DNA of 32,903 nucleotides from Paraglomus brasilianum (Eukaryota), in assembly GCA_910592345.1 (NCBI GenBank), contig CAJVPI010000367.1, positions 1-32,903 of the forward strand, given 5' to 3'. The notes under the pieces are model-generated. The model did not search any database. It saw nothing but the letters and a program-made list of their open reading frames with translations, and had not been told where the DNA came from. The position numbers and the translations under genes were made by a program. Shown here in pieces: positions 26,001-32,903 of the stretch (position 1 is its first letter; every line of letters begins with the position of its first letter).

Positions 26001-28393
26001 TAAACACGCTCCAGAAACTATTAGTGCATACTCTCCGCTTGAATCTGACTTGGAAACGCCCCAAGGTTTCAATTTTGGTTGCCAGTTTGGTAACTTCATT
26101 TGAATACCCCATTCGCTTGTTTTGATAGCTGCAGCAGCACATTCTTTAAGCTAATTAAAAGTCATTTATTATATGTCTACAATATTTAACATGCGCATGA
26201 GATTAAAATACCTCTTTCAAAAATGTCGCTTCATTATTTGCAAAAACTTTTATTATTACACGACAGGTAACCCAGTTGTGGATGATGTAAGAACCGTCGG
26301 TATCTTCACCATTATCGATAGTAAATTTGTATCGGCCATCAACAAAATCGGCTGCGAAAATGCTACCGAAAGAACCTTTTGAGATTTCCATCATGTTCTG
26401 AAGTCGTTTCCAGGGGATCCATCGAAGGCAATGGTATCCATGCCAGTTTTTGTGACGTCCTTTTTCTTGGGACTCCCGTATGACCTTATCGTAGTCGGCA
26501 TTTCCGCTTGTCCAACCCTCTGTCAATTGTTTCCAGTCACAAGTTTTGCACCAAGCATTGTCGTCTGGGTAAAAGACACCACAGGTAGGGCAAGCACGAC
26601 GAGTTATAAGGGCTAATTCTCCCGTAAGTCGTGATACGCCAAAAATCCTTATTTTCGTGACCTGAGGTTTCCGCATACTTTGCGCAAGCTTACGATCATC
26701 CTTCATCCACTTTTCTTTAGAAGCATTCACTCTTTTCAAGGAAAACGCTTCCTGAACTTTACGAACGGCTTCCGCACCATCCTTCAACTGTTATTTAACA
26801 AAAAAAAATGAATGAATAAATAAATAAATAAATAAAACAAATATGTAGACAAGATTTAGAGCACAATTGATATATATTACTTCTTGCAAGATGGTCTTAT
26901 CTGCTTCATTTTGATCGGTCGCAATTGGAACCTTAACTGATACTTTCAATGCTTTTCTGTGGTTGACAATTTTATGCTCGTTATCGAATTCAGTTTTGAA
27001 CCGGACCCAGTCAGCTGTATAGAGCTTGCCAAACTCGCCAGTGCTAATTTCGACAAGATTTTCAAGATGTGCAGGCGATATCCATTGAAGACTTGGGTAA
27101 TAATACGCTGAGTTGTCTTTTCTCTGGGTTTCCTCGATAAGTTTATCGTATTCAGCATTGCCACTAGTCCAACCGTTATAAAGTCCATTGCGTTCGCACT
27201 CATCACACCACTCTGCCGTTTCAGGAAGAGCCTGGCCACATTTAGCGCAAAAATTGCTTGCTACCAATGCCAAAGTTCCCGTAGATTCGACGAGTGTCAT
27301 ACCGTATATAGGCAACCGCAAAGGATTCATAAATTCCGTGCCAGCTTTCAACTACAATCAGTCCAAAAATGAGCATATTTAAATAACCCGTTTTAACAAA
27401 AAAAGCTTATATTACTATCGATCTGAATTAAACTGTATACCTGCCAAAGAAATGAAGAAGTACTAGCCCGGAGTAAGACTCTGATCGTTTTCCAATGCAG
27501 AATGATATCGCGATTCTCGCCTTCAAAATCCCACCCGTCATATTCTCCCTCCGTCCAATCCGCCGCGTAGATGGTCCCAAATTCACCCTTAGATAATTCT
27601 TTGACATTTTCTAGCCGGTAGGAGGGAATCCACCGCAAACAAGGGAACGAGTAAGAGTCTGCACCTTGCTGTGTTTCTCGGATAATGGTATCATATTCGG
27701 CATTTCCGGTAGTCCAATCTTGGTTTACATTACACTTGTCGCACCATGGACCATGGCGCAAGATGCGAGGGTACAACCCGCCACAGGTTTTGCAAAACTT
27801 TTCGGCCACTAGCGCGAGTCGGCCAGTGGATTCTTGGCAGGATACTCCCAAGAGTCGAATGCGCTTTTTACGGTCATTACTACCCATATAAAACCGATCT
27901 GCATTCAATTCTGCATCACCTGTTTTTAGCTAAGGATGGGAGTGTTGATGTTAATTCTGAGACAAGATTGATCATCATCATGCCACGTCGCAAAATTACT
28001 CACCTCATGAAAGAATTCTTCCTCTGCATTGCTTCCCGAGTTCATGAACTTAACTTCAACCCTTAGAGGCTTCCAATTAATCACTCGCTTCCCACTCGGT
28101 TCGAAATGCACACTTTCAAATTGGCCGTCCTTGAAGCTGGCCTTGTAAACCACGCAGAATTCTCCTTTTATGATTTCAACGAGATTCTCTAAGCGATTCC
28201 ACGGAATCCATCGAAGATAGGAGTCGTCATATTCACGTCCGATTTCGTTGCGTTTTATGATTTTATCATAATCCGCGTTTCCAGTCGTCCATCCCTCCAT
28301 GAGCTGTTTGTAGTCACATCCATTTCTGCACCAACCTTTTTTTGAATATATCTTATCACCGCAGGAGTAACAATTAAATTCCTCGTCATCCAT
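23072..28393 (-). CDS. Tyrosine-kinase-like (AMF WTSGN-type) protein kinase, about 1431 aa, with seven tandem Cys4-finger/N-lobe modules and one C-lobe
   Basis: 11 exons: 28393-28004, 27929-27441, 27351-26881, 26787-26212, 26150-25635, 25567-25097, 25018-24530, 24468-24058, 23715-23319, 23225-23178, 23109-23072 = 4296 nt, open to TAG; GKGGFG, VAVK, FLQE, HRDIHGGN, DYG, YVAPE, SDIYAFG and CVDADPDKRP motifs. Confidence 0.9.
24530..25018 (-). repeat. Kinase module exon 7 (phase 0-0), carrying the canonical N-lobe
   Basis: AG|LQEGAL..LYGIS..STGAYAFV..CSTC..WCNQC..GWTTGN..LQWIP..IGKGGFGMVYSG..VAVK..FLQE|GT; 163 codons. Confidence 0.9.
25097..25567 (-). repeat. Kinase module exon 6 (phase 0-0)
   Basis: AG|LKDWAG..IFGIT..TNKLGIV..CNTC..WCREC..GWTSGH..LKWIA..ISREFGTLYYA..VFLK..FLRE|GT; 157 codons. 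Confidence 0.9.
25635..26150 (-). repeat. Kinase module exon 5 (phase 0-0)
   Basis: AG|LKECAA..PWGVS..SGEYALI..CLNC..WCKEC..SWTSGN..LKWIP..ETRTFGTLYTG..ITVK..CIGE|GT; 172 codons. Confidence 0.9.
26212..26787 (-). repeat. Kinase module exon 4 (phase 0-0)
   Basis: AG|LKDGAE..IFGVS..TGELALI..CPTC..WCKTC..GWTSGN..LRWIP..SKGSFGSIFAA..VIIK..FLKE|GT; 192 codons. Confidence 0.9.
26881..27351 (-). repeat. Kinase module exon 3 (phase 0-0)
   Basis: AG|LKAGTE..IYGMT..STGTLALV..CAKC..WCDEC..GWTSGN..LQWIS..STGEFGKLYTA..VSVK..ILQE|GT; 157 codons. Confidence 0.9.
27441..27929 (-). repeat. Kinase module exon 2 (phase 0-0)
   Basis: AG|LKTGDAE..LLGVS..STGRLALV..CKTC..WCDKC..WTTGN..LRWIP..SKGEFGTIYAA..VLLR..FLWQ|GT; 163 codons. 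Confidence 0.9.
28004..28393 (-). repeat. Kinase module exon 1 (Cys4 + WTTGN + degenerate N-lobe)
   Basis: CYSC..WCRNGC..GWTTGN..LRWIP..IIKGEFCVVYKA..VEVK..FFHE|GT; 130 codons. Confidence 0.9.
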
Positions 28394-29170
28394 TTTGAAG
28401 CGACCGTGTCAGCACATTCATGTGTCTTGGAAACATGGTTTAAATATATGCTGCCAGCTTTAATAATATTCAAGTTACCTGAGTGTTACAAATAAAAGAC
28501 GCAAATCACAAAAGAGAAGCATAATAATAAATGTTCTTCAATTCCCAATTTGGTTACGAACGACAGACAGTGTATGTACAGTATTTATCGTAAGGCCGTC
28601 AAAGTTTACTACTCCAAATGATAAGTGTTATGTAATATTTATTCTAAACTCCTATGCCCATTTCAGGCATGTGGTATACCAGGATGCATGGACCCCATTT
28701 CGCTGAGTAAACCAGCCTACTTTCTTCATATTACTTGCTAGAGACAATATAACTTCTAGTTGAGTTGGGATCTGATAACCCTTCGTGCGTTTAAAGTTAT
28801 CACATTCATACAATATTATATCTAATTACTCGAATTATTTCCCATTATTATTATGGCTACCAGTCCATTATTTTTCTTTATCCAATATGCACGAGTTCTA
28901 ATACAGTATTAAATTACGAAAATCGATGGTTTAAGAAGTATGAGAATAAATAAGCGCGTTTATTAATTGTCTTAATAAGCCGATGCTTATATGGGGACTA
29001 CATATTAGTATCCAGCATGCTTATACGATAACATTGGGATTTGTTTTTAAGCTCTTGCGTGTTCTGTATTTTATAAATTCAGCGGCACGCGCGAACGTAA
29101 AATTCTCTAAATGATCACATGACTTAGATTGCTAAATTTGATTTGTTCTTCTTTCCGTTTCCTCAAAAAA

Positions 29171-29967
29171 ATGGAAGAAACATCCAAACAACGTAAAGCA
29201 CGTTTGGAAGCCTTTCGCAAAAGAAAAGCGGAAACCATAACTAACACCGGTGAAGAAAATGAATCAAATGAGAATAGGTACGTTAGCGTAACAGCTATAA
29301 TTCAAGTACGGATGCCTTCGAACTATGCTTTATTCTGAAGATTTCTTCCCTCACTTTTCTCTCTCCACTGATCAACAGTAAAACACTCAGTTTTCGTAAT
29401 TATACACCTTTAAATGAAGATGTAAGAGCAAATTCGATAGTCAAAATAACAAAACCAGAAGACATTGGGGACGATACTGTGGAGAAGACTGCCCAGCAAA
29501 TAGTAATGGAAGTTGAAGTTGAAGAGGAAGCTAAGCAGAAGGAGGATGTGGTATGTTGTGAAGTTGGGACGCGGGGCGGGAACAGGTATCATATCGCGGC
29601 GTTGAATGACATATGCACAGATCAACGATAGTTGTCTACTGCATACGTTAACCACTCTTTTGTCGTCTATAGGATCTATTCAATCTTGCTCCAAGAAAAC
29701 CAAACTGGGACCTAAAACGAGATGTTGAGAAAAAGCTACAAAAGCTCGAGCGTAGAACTCAAGCTAGTATTGCTCAGTTAATACGTGAGTTATTTTGTAC
29801 ACTCTCTTACTTGATTTTATTATAGTTATTCCTTTTTCCCACTTCCTAACTCTAATTTATTTATATTAGGAATGCGTCTACAGGGTGAGTCAGAGTCAAC
29901 GACTGATCTAGCTGATGCTGTTAGAGCTACTGAGAAAGGGGCCGAATCTGAAAACGAATCGGATTAG
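29171..29967 (+). CDS. cwf18: Cwf18 / CCDC12 pre-mRNA splicing factor, 4 exons
   Basis: RKARLEAFRKRK, LSFRNYTP, DLFNLAPRKPNWDLKRDVEKKLQKLERRTQ..IAQLIR.RL; GT-AG introns; TAG at 29965-29967. Confidence 0.93.
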
Positions 29968-30124
29968 TTGTTTACTGATATGAAATGAAGTTAAAATAAT
30001 AGATGGGCTTGGCGGAAGGTGAGGCGAATCAGGAATGGGTACCAAAGATTACCCTATGAAGTTAATGAATTAGTTAACAGTTTCTGCGACATGTGATAAG
30101 TCAGAATGATGACTGATTCTCGTT

Positions 30125-30597
30125 GAAAATTCTTCTCCATATTTCTATGTTTTTTTCTCATTAACAAATCTTATCTCTAACTTTCGAACACAGGAATCCA
30201 TTGACCTCTTTATCTTCCAAGATTTAAGTTAGGCGAAGATTTATATTGGAAGAAATATCAGAGGGTTTATAGGTAATAGAATTTTCTAATATATCTACGG
30301 TGTTGTTTTGCAACTGCTTCTGTTTCGACTTAGCAACTCTGGATCTTAGTTATGTGTTGAGCATTCCGAATCAACATCTCTTTTCCTAATTCCATAATTC
30401 TGGCATTGAGTTCAGCATCCCTTAACTTCGCATTCTCGGCATTTTCTTTTAATTCCACGATTCTAACCATAAGCCCTGCTTCCTTAGCCAGGAGTTTGGC
30501 GTTTTTATATATGAGCAAATCTTTCTCCCTTCCAAGTTCAGTTATCCCGACTATAAGCTTGTAATTTCTTCTTCTACTAATTGATTTAGATTGCTAT
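30125..30597 (-). pseudogene. Degenerate copy of an AMF-expanded coiled-coil family (possibly TE-associated)
   Basis: ITEL..EKDLL..KNAKLLAKEAGL..RIVEL..NAKLRDAELNARIMEL and downstream EDKEVNGFL..K segments, broken by stops and frameshifts; family recognised from memory only. Confidence 0.5.
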
Positions 30598-31399
30598 ATT
30601 CGAAAGTTTGTTATTAACATAGGTACATACAAATTTCTGAAATTTTCGAATTCTGTATAACTCTCGACCGGCGTCTCGTGATTCTATCGCTCAGGCCAAA
30701 TAAGCAAATAGATAAACGATCAGATAAATATATAGATAAATCGAACGGTCCGATAAGCCAATTATGATCCAAGTGAATTATTTGGGGCGCGAAATATGAA
30801 ACCTCCGTGATCATTGTCACGAAAAATCTGGTAAATGATACTACCTAATCTTCGATGCGCCATAAAGGATACCAAGGTCGATTTTTCCAATCAGGTGCCC
30901 TCAAACCATACGCAGAGTGCGCCTTTGGACGGAAAACTCAACCCACAAGAAGGGTCTAATTTAATTGTACTAGCGATGTGTAGGAAACATTTAAAGTCTC
31001 TCGCAACAACCATTCTCTCCTTTCATAGCATACATCCTGGCTCTCGCATAAGACAATTATATAGATATTTGGATTAGCACATTAATATCACCCACCCTCT
31101 GAACTTGGAATATTACTCATCTGATTCATCAAGAAATAGTATTTGTTTAGGAGATGGATTATCACCAAAGTTATCTTAGTATGGGTTTGCAGCAGGTATA
31201 TAATTACAATGACACAAATAGGAGGATGGCGGAGTAGAATGTGACCTGATTCTTGCAATTACATTGGTCAAATTTGTATGTCAACCAATGAAATTGCTCC
31301 GCTTTAGCCTCCCCAAAATAGGCATACATTCTACACTAATAATTTGAACAAATAATAACTTAAAAGTTACTTCTCATGTCAACTTTTTTCGCGATAATA

Positions 31400-31747
31400 C
31401 TAATATTAATCCTTGCGATTGAGAGTAAGTGTCGTGCAAAAGCAGAACCTCTCACTTCTGCATATTTCAACATGCATAAGAAGAAGGTAAATGTCATCCC
31501 TTCATTAATATGATGCACTATCTATTCAGGCTTTGTAACTTCTGGTACTTTTCATGGTTTAATTTTAGGTGGAAACCGGCCATTTGTTTATATGATGGTA
31601 GCAGATATGCTTGGTGATAATATTGAAACAGAAGATGACGAGATAATAGTTGTCAAACATAATATGAATAGTTTGTATGGAGAGTGGCTAGCAAACCGTC
31701 GTCAATTCGCACTTATTCGCTATGAAACAATTAATCCTACATATTGA
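31400..31747 (+). pseudogene. Possible further CRN-like REase C-terminal remnant
   Basis: ILAIESK (ExK-like motif)..KKK|GT, then PFVYMMVAD...IIVVKHNMNSLYGEWLANRR; the exons do not join in frame. Confidence 0.35.
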
Positions 31748-32903
31748 AATGCATCTTTGATTATATACACTGTGTAACAAAAATAATGGCAGTGACAAGA
31801 AATTGCACATTTCAACAATTCCAAGGAATAATTAAAAGCAACCAGTCTTGTTAGATAGCATATTAGGCACTTACTTGATATAAAAATTTTTTAATACATA
31901 ATCTTATTATCATTTCCCGTTATACTTGTTTGTATCAGTTTTTCGTTGCACACAAAAATTCATTGTCTATTTTTCCGAAATTTTCTGAGAAATATCCCCC
32001 TATTCCCAACTAATAATGCAGATGCAAATATCACTGTAAATGTTTTACATAGTAGTCATCAGTTGAATTTGTAATATGTTTACATAAAACAGCCAGTTTA
32101 TTACAAGATAATCTTTGTTTCTCCCACAGTTTATTCTTTGGTATGTTACATAAAACTTTTGATCAAACAGAAGTTTTCCTGTCATGCTCTAAAATGATTG
32201 TATCTTTTGGTTTTTTGAGATTGTTTACAATGGAACAAAGATAAACACTCATTTTTGAATGTAATTTTATTTGACGAATAAGCATTGTTGGGGTATAATC
32301 TGAAAGTAGAGTAAAATGTTGTGAATTTCAACCTTTATGCATTGTGTAACATGGTTTATAAAGTTCTCAAAATTAAAGCAGAAGTCAACAAAGCCTTTTC
32401 TTAGTATAGGATCGAATACGTACTGCAAGTTTGTTATCATGCATATTGATTAGTGTACCAACAAATACTCCTATTATGTCATTGGGAGAGAATATAGCCA
32501 ATCAGGATAACTAAACCTCCACTTGGACGTACGTGACGTACGTGAATAGCTTTATTGGCAAAATTTGGGAATATTCTGTTCACTCTGAAAATTTTGTTTC
32601 CGTTCTATTCTCTTTTACGTCATACGCGTGAATAACAGTAGAGTCGATGTGTATGAATATTGTAGAATATTTAGTTTTATGTTTAAGCGGAATCTTTGAA
32701 TTGAATTTGGTAGCAGGTGAAACATTTCTTTAAACAAATCAGGAAAGCTGATAATAGACGCTGCGTAGGAATATACGGTATGGACATTGTGCATGAAAGA
32801 TGAATGATTCAATCGAGTGACAAAGTGAGTGACAAAGTGATGGCGAAAAAAAATGTGCGCCACGTGATAATCGAGGCAGCCGATGCTACTCTCGGGTAGG
32901 GAT

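Noticed and set aside
23464..28066. Plus-strand and alternative-frame ORFs over the kinase (e.g. 24486, 25085, 25284, 26173, 26431, 27188, 27685, 27746)
   Set aside because: Antisense or off-frame shadows of the kinase exons with no recognisable motifs.
24530..28393. Cluster of seven separate small genes or kinase pseudogenes
   Set aside because: The gaps are only 61-93 nt, all GT..AG and phase 0. Most ORF-track starts are TTG/Leu or internal Met codons, and splicing gives one uninterrupted frame.

Overview
Eukaryotic, intron-rich fungal DNA. The 'WTSGN' tyrosine-kinase-like kinase, Crinkler-type nuclease remnants and an AMF-type coiled-coil family point to Glomeromycota (inference). Bases 1-7000 are a CpG-decayed graveyard: tandem repeats, a pogo/Tigger DDE_1 remnant, a Sola-like transposase pseudogene, and a Crinkler-like pseudogene split by a 657-bp insertion with a 13-bp target-site duplication. 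The middle holds an Ntr2/GCFC splicing-factor gene, an unannotated multi-exon gene, head-to-head DPM1 and PCMT1, and a Penelope-like fragment joined to (TTAGGG)4. cwf18/CCDC12 lies at 29171-29967. The highlight is 28393-23072 (minus strand): one intact 11-exon gene of about 1431 aa, with seven tandem [Cys4 finger + WTSGN + kinase N-lobe] modules feeding a single kinase C-lobe. Each module junction is a phase-0 intron at the same site (the alphaC Glu), so any N-lobe could in principle be spliced onto the catalytic lobe. Only the last N-lobe has canonical ATP-binding motifs. All gene models were spliced by eye and no database searches were run.
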